From: Lytechinus pictus
Taxonomy: Eukaryota
DNA length: 64,000 nt
Reading direction: 5' to 3'
Assembly: GCF_037042905.1 (NCBI RefSeq)
Contig: NC_087255.1
Location: forward strand, 26,288,001-26,352,000
Part shown: piece by piece, positions 1 through 13,442 of the stretch
Layout of the letters: every line of letters starts with the position of its first letter
Numbering within the stretch: position 1 is the first letter of the stretch
Made by a program: the position numbers and the translations under genes
Notes under the pieces: model-generated
The model's input: the letters and a program-made list of their open reading frames with translations, nothing else
Told to the model about the DNA's origin: nothing
Databases searched by the model: none

Positions 1-444
1 CAAAACACACATCAGCATGGATGCCTTAAAGAGTAGAGATTTGCACGTGATTTGCACTAGTTTTACTTCTTTTAAATGCTGTGGAAATGTTTTCTACATC
101 TTCCGATAGCAAATTTAACAAAATGTCGGGACCCCTGCGATTCGTGAAAAATTCTGTACGCGAAAATAACAGCTTCTACAGTATTTGCAATGTAGTATTT
201 CTCTCATATTTTCTTTGTTATTAATACAAAGAGTGCCAGCCATTTCATTTAATGGCACGAATCGGCCAGGTTTCTTTGGAATATTGTCATTCACTTCGAG
301 CCTTATATCCCTTCTGTATATCTATCCACTTTAACACACATGTAGTCATATGCCACAAACTTAAGAAATTATGACTTATAAGTGAGTTTAAGATTCTAAT
401 AGAAAGATCTATGGGAGGAGTAATTGCAAAGAATTTGTTGACAC

Positions 445-638
445 CTGGGGGGTGTTTCGCTAAGAGTAGTTGCGTGCGGTAAAAAAGGCATGACCACATT
501 GGGCAGAACATGCCAACAGGATGTGCACTACTGCGTATTTACCAATAAGATTGCATGTTTCATATCTTGTACGCGTCAACATTTAAGTGCAACTCTAAGT
601 CATACATGTACTTAAATCTTTGTGAAACACCCCCTGGA
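445..638. mobile_element. MITE with GGGGGGTGTTTC termini at a CCWGG site
   Basis: Inverted ends CCTGGGGGGTGTTTC...GAAACACCCCCTGG; same terminal type as 45793-45955. Confidence 0.6.
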
Positions 639-798
639 GGTGTCTTTCACTGTGTACTTAAATTTGACTATTTGATTTTTTATGAATTACTTTTATAAAT
701 GTTAATGTGTGACCCCTTTTAGAAATATTCTAAACCATCAAACCTACATTTTGTACTAGTATTATATTGTATTGTGTTTGTGCTAATTGTTTCTTCAG

Positions 799-3700
799 AT
801 CCGGGTATATCCGCGTGCAAGCAATCTTGACAATGCCTTTGCCTTCATCGTCAAGGTTCCCTTTCAAGTACTGCTAATGAATGTCTTCAAAGACCTTCTC
901 ATAGTCTTCTGTGCTGACTATCATATATCACTCTTTAGCTGCGAGAGGAAAGACGGTCCGCCAAGTAAGTTATCTCTTTACGAAAGGTGACAATTTACAC
1001 AACACACTATACAAGGGCAGTACCATGGGTCAGGGGGGGGGGGCGGGGTAATTGGCCCCTTTTATTTTGAAGTAGTGAAAAAAGTACAAAAAAAGAGAAG
1101 AAATGGGGGAAAGTGAGAAAGAAAAGGGGCAAAAGAAGTCAGAAAAGTATTGAGAGATCAGAGCCATGTAACTCTGTAATGCTGCTATAATTCATTCATT
1201 AAGAAAAAGAATATGTCACCTCTAAGTCGTCTTGGCCCAAGTTTAGCTGGACTTCAGAATAAGGACCAGTACGGAAACAACATTTTGAAATCTTTGGCTT
1301 CCCATAATTTTAGCACAGTCTTTTATACATTGTGTGCTACATGTATATAACAACAAAGTCAATATTTGAGTGAGAGACTTGATTGAAATTGTTTTTATTT
1401 TTTTTATTCATCCTTTTTTTGCCTCAGGTCCTACAGCAACTCTTACCAGGATACAGGATCTTTCGCTTGCAAACTTTGTTCCTCATCCGTCCTCTCTCAT
1501 CTCACTCACCCTTACATCACTCAGGTCTGAATCAGGTATGTTCTTGACCTTATCTTAGAAAGAGTTGTGATCGATCCGATCAATCACATCTATGGACGGC
1601 CAGCAACGTCAACATCTATTAAGCATGTTTGTTCAAAATAATTTCTAACTATGATGTATTTTCATGCATTCATTGTTGCATTCATTGTTTTCTTGAAAAT
1701 TCACTTTGTTTCTCTTTATTTACAAAGGACATTGTGCAAATTTCCTGTAGAAAAAATTATGACACTGGTGGATTTCCATAGACTTACGATTGATTGGATC
1801 AATTGTAACTCTTTGTAAGACGGGGCCCTGGTCCTCTTAACACAAATCCAAGCCATTGATTGTTGGGCTAAGTTTTATTTGGTCATGCACAATAATCAGT
1901 GGAAACCATGGAAGGCAGCCCCATGATTATTTGCAAAGCTTTATGTTACAGGGTCCCCTTATCCCAAAGCCAAGCCTTTAATTGTACCTAGGCTTCATTT
2001 TCATGATTGATTGCACTGAGTGTTATGTGCAATCAATTGCCCTTGTTAGAAAGAATAGGATTTTCATTCTACTTTTTTTTTTTTGGGGGGGGGGGTAGTT
2101 TTACTGCACTCTCTCATGTGAAATGGAATATCTTTTCTAATTGGAGCAAAATTATCCCAATTTTTTAATCAGAAATGTTGGGAGGCCAATGGCCTGTATA
2201 AGGTAAACCATGCTGTTTGTACTAAAAAGAAGTTTGGTAGACGTTTAGTAGAATTGAATGAAATTGTGAAGCATTAACTGCATGATGATTTTCTTGTAAG
2301 TACCATTAGTTTGATCATAAATCAAATCGTTTCTCAGCTATCATGCATCTATTGCCAAGTATCGAAGGGTTGTATAGTTTTCTTCTTAATAGTCATTATT
2401 GACTGATAATTTTGATAACTTGCATGCTTTATTTTGAATTTTTCTTTGTTTTCAGTGTCTCCCAAGTCATTCAATCAGAGCAGCGAGGCCGAAAGTCTCA
2501 TCATCAATGTCGCTGGTCGTGTATTGATGCTTCAGAGAGATCGTACCAAAGCGCCCTCGCCCAACAACGATTACCATGATCGAAGGAAAACCAAAGATGC
2601 CGAGGTATGGAACATTGTGACAGACCAAGGGGGCCATTTCATGAATGTATTTTTAACTTGTCCATGACTGGAATATGTTCCCGTGTGGTAATTCAGCTAC
2701 ATAGGAATATATCACTTAGCACAAGAACAGGCAACCAGTCATGTATAAATTATATGAAACTTAAGAATAACTTTTAGGAAGTCATACTATATTTATGCCT
2801 CCGCCAGAATCAGTCAGTTGCTGGTGTCATTAATATGTCCGGATCCTCTTTTGACTTCTTTGAATACAATTGGTACTCAAGTTTGTAACCGTGATACAAT
2901 GTGGAGCCAGGAGAATGTGTCCTGAGCTCCCTCCTTGGTTCAAATAAACTATTGAGATCATCATTTGTTTTTTATTCACAGATCCCTTTTGTAGCGCCCA
3001 TCATTCTTGCCTCATCTGTAGAAAGTATGTGGACCACGTCCCGGTCTAGCGCCAGTAAACCTCATCTCATGGAATCACTCTGGCTGGGGTGTGGAGCCGC
3101 AGGAATGAAGGTACAGTACATAAGCAGAAATATTTATGTTTTCATATTTGTTTATTCTGCTAGTCCAACATCGAAAAGATATGATTGCGATGGTGATGAA
3201 TATATTTATCTGATTGCTTAAAAAAATGAATGCTTGTAAGTTAGGTAGTAAAGATAAATACATTCGCAAAGGGCAGAAGGGCAAGTGAGAATTGAACCCG
3301 GGTCACTGAATGGCAAGACTAGCATTTGTATGCTGTAAACAATCCCTTTAATTTGTTCATTCAGTATTCATAAGTATGGTGAATAAGTAGAATGATTAGA
3401 AATCATTGGAATATCTGCATGCAATGATATTGGCTTTTACAACCTTTACATGATGAGGAAACCAGGAGGTAAGATAGTTTCCTTTCTCAAATACATTTTT
3501 CACATCCTAATAAAGTAAGGAAAATAGAGAGTAGAAGAAAAAGAAAGAGTGAAGGAGGAAGAGAATCGGAATTAGCCGATGAAATTAGACTTGAAAAGAG
3601 AGTTGTAAGAAAGTGCTGTTACAATATTCTTGTTTTTTTTTGTTTTTATTTAGGTGTGGTTACCTCTGTTTCCAGACCGATCAGAGAAGTTACATCATAG

Positions 3701-6700
3701 CTTTCTGTCCAAACGTATTATGCTGCCATTCAAGTTAAGAATATATCCACTTGGTAAGAATATACCTTCAAATACAGTGCATTAGTGTTTCAAAGAATAA
3801 ATTTCTATAGGTACCCATTTACCTCGCCTAGATCAATTGTGGCAAATGTGGATCAATGATCTGGAAATGTGATGCTAATTCTGCCTTTTACATGTCAGAA
3901 TTTCATAATTGATTACCAGTGATCACCAAAGTAATGGTAATGTGGTACATCCACATTACCATACATGTGGTACAATGTGTACAATGTGTACATTGTACAT
4001 TGTACATCTAATGATCTAATAATCGCTTGGCTGTTTAAACATTGTTTCTCAAAAATAAATATTAGGACACATTTGAAAACCTTGATTTCAGAGTTATGAC
4101 AAGAGTATTTTGCCTAGAAAGTAATTTACTTGGAACAAATTTTCTACTGGAATTAAGGAGACTGTTTCCAGACATTATGAGGTTGTCACCATTAATTTCC
4201 AAAATACAGCTTTTTCTGAGCAGCCTTCAAAATTTTTGAGATAAAATGTTTTAATGGCCCTGCAGGGACAATTCAATCTCAACATTCATCAGAATTGTAT
4301 GCTTAAGACTGTAAGGTTCTGCAACCAAATTATGAATTTCATTGTTTAATCTTAGCCTTTTGGTATTTTCATTCTGTTTCCTCTTTAGCTGTCTTATTTG
4401 AGGATGCAGTCGTCCTTGGGGCAGCCAATGACTTGCTGTCATTTGAACCCATGACTCCTAGTATAGAACGGACTCGTCGATGCCCAAGCTTGCCATTCAC
4501 AACATTAGAAAGAACTGTAAGTGTAACATAACCTTAGACTGAATTAAATGACCGCTTTCAAAAGAAATTCTATATTTTCAGAAATACGTTTTCTCTAACA
4601 TTAGATGGAGCTCAGTCATTCTTTTCATTGAGGAATTCAGCTGTGAGAAGATGTATATGTGTGTTTCATCTGTAAGTTTAGTTGCAAAGTTTGGTTTTCA
4701 ATCTAAGCTTATCACCAGCGTTTTTTATTGAATGGTCAAAGTCAAGTTTTAGATACGTTTGCAACAGTGTCCTTTTTATGAATGAACTGTAAAATATATA
4801 TGCACCAATTGATCCAGAATTGCTATATTTGTAAACAATTAGGGGCCTTTTTTGGATGACATTGGAATAAGTTCTTCTTCCAAGAGACCTAGATTGATAG
4901 ACAGATTTAGAATGTAGAAGGAGTTAATATCAAGTTACATCATGCAATATTGTGATTAAAATAATTACTCCTGTATTCTTCATCTCTCTGTTTTGTTGCA
5001 GACACAAATCTATCTTCATCATTTATTAAGGCAGTTGCTGAGAAGAAAGTAAGTTTTCATCTAATATCTTTCACTTAAAAAAATAAAATGATGTGTATAC
5101 ATGCAGGAACTTTTAATACACAGAGCCCATATATCGGTGAAAGACAAAGCCTTGTTAAATGTTACAGAATTACTGCATATACAATACAAAAGAATCAACA
5201 TTAAGTGACATTAGTAATTTTGTAACAAGAAATAACGAGGTAAATGTGATACAGTTTGACTGAAATCATTGGAATACTTTTTTTTTACTTGAACCCATAT
5301 GCTGTATTGAACTGTCATATTTGTTTTTCCAGCCTTGGGATGCACGCCCTTCAGATAGCCCGTAGTTGTATGTCTCTACCATATTTCTCTCATGTCCTGG
5401 AACTCATGCTCCATGAAGTCTTAGAAGAAGAAGCGACTGCTTCAGAACCAATACCAGGTATGCTATTAGTGTCTAAAGTCATTGGGTTGTTGGCTTAACA
5501 ATGAGAGCACCGTGACAGCTCATTGCTTGAATATTTGCCAAGGAATGGAGATATGTATACACTATTTGGTACTCTCTGAACCAGTTAACCTAACCAGAAC
5601 CACTTCATAAACCTTTTTAATTTTGGGGGTAAGGAAAGATACCTAAATTCTTTGAACTGGGTTAATAGGAGTTTGGGAATTTCACAATCACTTTCCATTT
5701 TAAGTTTCGGGAAGTAGGTCCTAATCGTCTTTTTTTTTTTAATTAGCAAATTTGTGCTCTAGCTCTGCATACATGACAATCAGATCAGCTGTGTAACTGT
5801 AAATCAATGAATAATTTAGGTCAGTTTGAATAAAAATTGATTGATGAGTCATACAAAATTGCAGTTTTCTGCTTCAGAAAGTTTGATGATCCATGTGTAT
5901 GACTCTGTTTAAATTGTTAGGTTATTCATGAATTCCGAAATTTGATACATTGGAAACATGGTAAGATTTGATATAAGATATGAAATATTTTCAGGAGAGA
6001 TTAATGTACTAAGTATAGATTAAGGGCATGGAATAATTATACTTCCGTGGTTAAAAACTCTGTTAAATAATTTTGTGTATTTTTTTTTCTCCTCTCAATC
6101 AGATGCCTTATTACCAAGAGTAGTAGCCTTCATCCAGGAGTTTCCTCAATATTTAGAGACAGTAGTTCATTGTGCAAGGAAGACAGAGATAGCGCTGTGG
6201 CCCTACCTCTTCGCTTCAGTTGGCAATCCCCAAGACTTGTTTGAGGTTAGTTTTGACACCATTAGATATATTTTTGAGTGAAAAGAATTATGCTGCAGCC
6301 ATCCACTCAATCTGGATGACCTTGTTATGGCAAGCCTGTTGATATATTGCGGATCGCTTCAACAAACTGTGTTGTTACATGTGACTTTGTGAACAACTTT
6401 GATACCAAATTCTGAAATAATATGGATGATGATAAAATTAACTAGTGCAACTCTTTTAGGGCACAAAAAAGGGAAAAAAGGACGAGAGGGGAAACACATT
6501 TTTTCGTTAAGGTTTGAATAAAGTATTACTGCTCTTCAAATGATTTCATTTACAATATTGCCCAAAGTATCTTTATGTTACAGGCTGTGATATGTCCAAT
6601 ACAAACACCAATAGGTTCCTTCAACCATTGGGGTAATAGACAGGATTGATTGTGATGTAAGTCATTGGTCATTCTGTACTTTAGCTGCAGTTTGATATAA

Positions 6701-9700
6701 GAGTGCAATGAACTTGAATGATCAATGAACAATGAAAAAGTGACTGCAACATACAATGAAAGTACATTGAACTTGATATTGTTTACAGGAATGTTTGAAG
6801 ACTGGTAACCTACAGACAGCAGCATCGTATCTCATCATTCTTCAAAACCTAGAGACTGTCAAAGCAAGCAGACATGTAAGTACATGCAGTATAGTTTTTT
6901 TTTTTTTTGGGGGGGGGGAGTTGCACCACTGAAATGGCATATTAGCTTTTGATTTTTTTTTTAGGATATGAAGTATTGTGGCAAAAGTATGTACAGTTTA
7001 TCTTTATCTTCTTGCTGAAACAAAACCACTATAATTTTGAAAATCAATTCCTCCAACTTATTTAAAACAGATTCATAACAATTAGCATTCTCCATTAAAA
7101 AGTATGTTTGTACACAGACACACAAATTTATGCAAAATGTAAGGGGAGTGTAAATATTATGAATTGTTTGATCAGCTCATGACCTTACACCTATTTTTAC
7201 CAATCTGTTTACAGAAATAAGAATTAATATTATTGCATATTGTGACATGGGTTGATTGTAAATAGTCAAATAAGATTTAAGCAGAGTTATAGAAGATCAT
7301 TTGCCAGTAGTTTTTGTCCCCAAATCCAATTTAGCATGCATCTGTTCTTGAAATGTTCAAAAGTTATGTTGTTATTTTCCTTCATTTCATCCAGCATGCA
7401 ACAATGCTTCTAGATGCAGCCCTAGAGCACAGTGAATGGTCACTGTGTCGCGATCTTCTCAGGTTCCTCCGTTCCATCGGATCAGGGGATCTCGATTCGC
7501 CCAGGCCCCCGCCCCCTCTTGCCAATCACCACATGTTTCCCCTGGGTGTGGGGAGGGGAACGCCAGCAGGCGTGACCAAGCCCAGGGGGAGACATGCTAG
7601 CCATAACACAAAGTCTGGTGGCTCTGTGGACAGGCAGACTGACCAGAATACAACAGAGAAAAGGTAAGGCATCATGACAATAATATTTTCTTTTTGTAAA
7701 ATATTTATTTAACAGTGGGGAAGTTCTTTGAATGAGTAAGATTTTACCACTTCAGGTTTGGACAATAAAATAGTTGACCGATAACAAGGAGTAGTAGACA
7801 TGGGATACATTTTTTCTAATGTGTTTGTCCTAATGTGTTGCATGTAACAAACTCATTTTATTCTTTTCTCACCCAGGAATTCTGTGCTTTCAAGGCAGAA
7901 CAGTGTCCCCGACCCCAGCATAGACGAGTACTACATTGATACCATACTAGCAAGACACGCTAGGAAGCTGCTGGCAGCTTACAGATTGAAAGAGTTAGGG
8001 ATCATGACGGGCTACCTAGATTTCAAACTTACATCATGGCTTGTTAGGGAAAGGTAAATTGGTTAGCTATCAGAAGAGTAACTTTGAAAAGTCTGAAGGG
8101 AAATGATTGTAATTTGATGTAGGAGAGCATGTAATGAACTTCTTTTGTTAAGATTTTGTTTCTAGTTTAGTAATAATTTTTGTTTATTAAGTGTAATAAA
8201 CCCCTGTTCATTCATGCCTTGCAATACTGCCAGTATTCCACATAAGTAAAATAGTTCTTTGCAATGGTGTTCGTTTATCAAACCTTAGGATGTTAAAGAA
8301 TTAATTTTTGACTTTTGCTTTTTATAGTCTGATATTTTCTTCCAATAACATGCCAAAAGTTAATTTTTTTAAAGTTTAGTGAAGCATCTAACTCAGTCTG
8401 CACTTGACATGCTTGCCTGCACAAGGGTTTCTACTGAGATAAATTAGATTTATAGATTCAGATTCAGATTCAGATTCAGATATTTTTATTGTCCAATTGC
8501 AATCAAGTACAAATGGAAATTCAATTTGTTCGCACAAAATAATTTAGAATATTACATGATACACACAGAAGATTACACGATACATATATTAAACATTATA
8601 CAAATCAACAAGAAAAGATAAGAGAAAGTAAGATAAAGGCAGTGGGGTAACATAATTTCAAGTATGGCTATTAAATGCACGAATTGAAACTGGAACAAAA
8701 GAATTTACGAAGCGTGAGGTTCTGCCGGGAAGGGATCTCAGACGTTTGCCTGACCTCATCAAATTATAATATTTATGAAGGGCATGGTTCTCATTGGTCA
8801 GGATCTCTTTGCCTTTTTCAAGGACTCTTCCTTCATTCTCGTCTACAAAGCACCCTTTTTCTTTTGTTATTTTAGAGGCTTGCTTTTCAACTCTTTCTAG
8901 TTTCTGTATGTCCTCTTTCCTACTTGCATGTATCCAAACAATTGAATTAAAAAGAAGTGCACTTTCCACCATTGCTTTATAAAAGACCTGCAATATCCTC
9001 TCTTGAACATGCGCGGTCCTAAGCTTTCGAAGGAAAAACATTCTACTTCGAGCTTTTGAAAGTGTGATCTTGGCTTGGGATATCCAGTTAAGTTTAGTGT
9101 CAATGGTTGTCCCTAGATACTTAAAACTATCTACTACTTCAATGGTAACACCGTCTAATACAATTGAATCTGGTTGTGGGGGAGCAATTCTGAAATCAAA
9201 AATAAGTTCTTTACACTTAGATGGGTTTATGAAGAGGTGGTTGTTTTTACACCACCTTGAGAAGCGTTCAATACTTCTGTGATAACTATCATCATCAGTT
9301 TCACTTTTCATCAGGCCTAGAATTACTGTGTCATCAGCGTATTTTAGTATTGTTACATTTCCGTCATTTGAGTTACAATCATTAGTATACAAGATATACA
9401 TGAGTGCTGATAAGACGCATCCTTGGGGGGCACCTGTATTTACTATAATCTCATCAGACATAGTATTCTGAACTCGAACACATTGGGTTCTAAATGTTAA
9501 AAATTCTACTAGCCAAAGTACAATTTTAGGGTGAAGGTTAAATTCATTCAGTTTATCAACAAGAATGTGTGTCTGTATCGTATTGAAAGCCGAAGAAAAA
9601 TCTACGAAAAGGGCCCTAGAATAACACCTCAGTTTGTCTGTATGTTGAGCTATTTCATGTACTAATGTCAGCACAGCGTCCGTAACTGATTTCTTCGGTT

Positions 9701-12700
9701 GGTAGGCAAACTGATGTAAATCTATAACAGGGGAAACTACTGGGAGGATGAGTTTCATTATGATCCTCTCAAAACATTTCATCACTATCGATGTCAGGGC
9801 AACAGGTCGGTAGTCATTTAATTCAGACGCTTTGTTTGTTTTGGGGACTGGTATAACTTGCTTTCTTCCAACAACTAGGTAAGTCACCTTTTAGAAGCGA
9901 GTGTTCAAAGAGGTTCGCGTAGGGGATGGCTAATTGGTGAGCACAATATTTAATAATCTTTCCCGGGATATGATCTGGCCCCATTGCCTTGCGGGGGTTA
10001 ACACGGCGAAAAACGTTAATGACCTGTTGAATGCTTATTTCATGAATGTGCGGTAAGGCAGGTACCGTACGTAACACGTACATGTGACCCTTTTTATTGT
10101 GTATCTTTATCACTCTTCTTGCCCCTATCATTATGAGAGAAAATGATATCAATAGTCCGTTTTTGTATATTGCTTTGTAGGCTTCAACCATTATTACCCC
10201 AGTCATCAGATATTTGATTGCCCGCACAATATGTATGCACTTTCTCCACTTGCTTGGAATCAAACCACGTTTCATATTTTAATCATTAATCTTTCTTTAC
10301 ACAGGATGAGAGTAGCTCGTGTAGAAAGCTTTGTCGATGCATTGAAGAGACTACACTCTGATTTCAATTGGCCCCTTCCTGTCATTGGAAACCCCTTGAG
10401 TTCAAAGAGCTGTAAGTACACCTACATTCATCTCAAGTCCATACTCTCTAGAGAATTCTCTACCATGTCTATGAATGTTTTTGTAATTTGCAGAAAGGGT
10501 TGTGCTTGTGCTCTGCTTCGTACTGAACTTGATGATATAAAGATTTCTAAGATTATATTAAAAAAGATGTCATCTAAATTCTGATTCTAGACATGTATTC
10601 CTCACTGCACTCTGGTTACATACTTTTATGTCAATCAATTAATTTCACTTTTTCCCCAATTTTCTTGGTTGTAATTTATTGAAAACTCTGAAAATTGAAT
10701 GTAGTTAGATGATGAGGTCCTTTCATATTTTTTTCAAGAGCAATTCTATGAAAATTCTAAAAAAGGAAGGAAATGTAATAAAACTTCTTTTTGTCCATTT
10801 AAACATCAGTTTCACTGTATGTTTCTTAGTGATTTTAGTGGGGGGATGCTTGTTAATCACATCAGTGTGTGAACTTAGACAGATAATGTGGAGACATTTT
10901 ATAAAAACTGAAATACAGGTGATTACTAAAGCAGGTTTGACTGTATTTGATCTTATCTCTCTGTTTCTTTACAGTGCAAAGGACATCCACTCCAACGGGT
11001 ACCCTCAACGGGATGCACCCCCATACGGAGTCCCCGACCTCCCCTGTGGACCTTATCCCCACCACCAAGTTTGCAGGTATCGGCAGTATACCCCCTAAGC
11101 CTGCCACGCCCACCCCCATAGGAAACAGACCAATCAACGGTAATCACCCTGCTGGTGGGCTAACCCTCAAGTTCTCCAGGACTCAGAGCATGCTGTCTGA
11201 AAGCACTGGCAGTGATACGAGGACCGAGGAGGCTGTCCTTAAACACCCGTCGGCAAAAGGTAAATCTTCTAGATGTATTTGAGGGTAACTGTCGCAAGTT
11301 GTTTATGTCTAATTTAGGATACAGACACAAAGCACACCATTGTTTAGTCTTGTGTAAGATAAGAAAAATATTGCATTTTAAAGCTTTGCTTGAATATTTC
11401 TGTTAATATAATATCTTTCAATATTTTATTGTATGAATTCATTTTCACCCAATAATGTAGAGCATATTTGGAAACCTTATGGAATTTGTAAAGTAATTGT
11501 TATTTTGCATGAGTTTCAGGCCTCATGATCAAAGTTAAAGGTCAATTAGGGTGAAAGAACTTTGATCATCGTGTGGTATCAAAATAAAAAAAACTCAAGC
11601 AAGGTTATGACTTTAAATTTTCAAGATAATATTGCAAGATTGCCAGAGGCATTCCACTTGTCTCTACCATGAGCATAGTATTATTAACTTCCTAGTAGCT
11701 AGATTTTCAACTACTTTGTGAGTTGAAATGACTACATTCTACAGTTGATGATTATAAGTTATACATATCATGTTGACTCCCCCCCCCCTCCTCTACCAAA
11801 TGATCTAGCTTTAAGAATCTCCTTTAACAATAAAAGGACATGATATAGTATTCTAATAACATGATCTATGTGTCCTCTAGGTTCTGATGAAACCAGTGTT
11901 GGTACAACAGAAGCCTCAGAGGGAAGCCTCCTGGGAGAAGGAGACAACAATCTTGATGATAGCTTCTGGTCAAACAACGTCACAGTAGATGAACTAGAAC
12001 AGTTCTTCAAGGAAGTCATTTGGCATGGACCAAAACAATCAGAGAGAGAACTCAGGTAATTGCATTTCCATATTGGTCTGAACCTGGTAGCATTAGGGCT
12101 GTTCCTGTTACCAAGGTGGCAGCTCTTCATTTCGATTTCAAAGCTGATATTTCACACAACTATGTTGTGTCTATAACAACTGTAGGCTTACATGATTTTT
12201 ATAGACATTTACTATTTTTGATGAGGTAAAGAATTAAAAGTCGCTTTGTCCATGTAAGCATAGTCTGATATTGTCCACAACACTGAATTCTTGGAGGACA
12301 AGTGAAATGTTTAAATTGGGTCTATGATAATTCTTATTAATCAGGACCCATTTAACACAAATTTTGTATTCATCATTGATTGCACATCATTATGAATGCA
12401 ATAATTTATGAAAATTGGTCTTGTTACCAATTTTTGAGCTTTGCATTATTGGACCTGGGCTGTGAAGGTGAGGTAAATGTGAGGTTGAATTAATTCAATA
12501 TTACTATCCAGAACCCTGGTGATACCAGCTAGCAGGACATTCATCCAGCAAATTACATTTATTGGATCACTTTTATTGCAGGTATCTTTTGAAGATAGTA
12601 TTAGAAGCTAGCTGTCTGGAGTGGGGCCTCCTCATCTCCATCATCCTCAGGGACAGAGCAGCGTTGAGTCAAGTGGTGAACATAGCTAGCCTTGGGGAAA

Positions 12701-13442
12701 TCCCCATGGATGTCATTGCTAGGATGAGGGAAGGTCTTTCCTTCCTGGAGCTCTGGGCTGATTCGGAATGGTGAGACAATTTTTCTTCCAACTCTACCAG
12801 TTTATATTCTTACCCACCTCTGCCGCCTTTTTCCTTGTAAAATGAGAACTGTTAATTCTTATGCACTGCCAATTTTTTTTTGAGGGGGGCAGCACTGTTT
12901 GTGTGCTCCAAATTTGCCCTTCTCTTCTTCAAACCCTAAGCAGTTACATAGATCCCTGGCTTTTCCACCTATTAATATTATATAAATGATAACTGTCATG
13001 AACTGCTGTCTAGGAGGTCCTATTTTAAACAGGTTCCCCAATGCCCAACCCCCCCCCCAAAACAAAAACAAAAAAAGGGGGAGGATAAAGGTCATCAGAT
13101 TGTGACCCTGGATATTGTTTTCCCTCTGCATGTCTTCAAATTGTTATTGTGATGAGTTATTTTTATATTAACAATATCTGGTGATATCCCCTTTTCAGCC
13201 CTGGTTACAAGCCCCTCCTCATGGCAATGAAGCCCCAAGCCAGCGTCCTAGCTGAGGTAGTAGAGAGGGCACCATCACCAACCCGGTCAAGGTCCTCATC
13301 TGCCTCGGAACACTCCCTGAATGAGTCCAAGAAGCACAGTTCAAGGGGAAGCATGGGAGAACCTGAGCCATGCGATGACGAGGTCTTTGAAGAAGTGGAG
13401 GAAGAGGAAGAGAAGGAGGAGTCGGCGTGTGTTATATCATGA
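799..13442 (+). CDS. RIC1: RIC1 (RAB6A GEF complex partner 1), 3' part: 17 coding exons, ~875 aa in window; 5' exons lie upstream of the window
   Basis: GT-AG exons 799-964, 1428-1535, 2456-2604, 2982-3110, 3654-3753, 4389-4516, 5002-5048, 5333-5457, 6103-6245, 6789-6875, 7395-7663, 7877-8053, 10305-10411, 10975-11259, 11881-12055, 12582-12770, 13199-13442 join in one frame (2628 nt). They give RIC1 signatures [110 protein letters not shown] and [13 protein letters not shown]. The protein ends ...EESACVIS*. Confidence 0.95.
1550..1831. mobile_element. MITE remnant (GGGCCCCGTCTTACAAAGAG-type termini)
   Basis: Imperfect inverted repeats TCTTAGAAAGAGTTGTGATCGATCCGATCAATC / GATTGATTGGATCAATTGTAACTCTTTGTAAGACGGGGCCCTGG. 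Confidence 0.55.
8454..10080 (-). mobile_element. 5'-truncated non-LTR retrotransposon (Rex1/Babar-like), antisense in a RIC1 intron
   Basis: RT ORF 8658-9887 has [41 protein letters not shown] and FKYLG. The upstream part ([10 protein letters not shown]...PSCWKKA) is in another frame, implying one frameshift near 9855. It has a 3' microsatellite tail (GAATCT)n at ~8454-8480 and no endonuclease domain. Confidence 0.9.
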
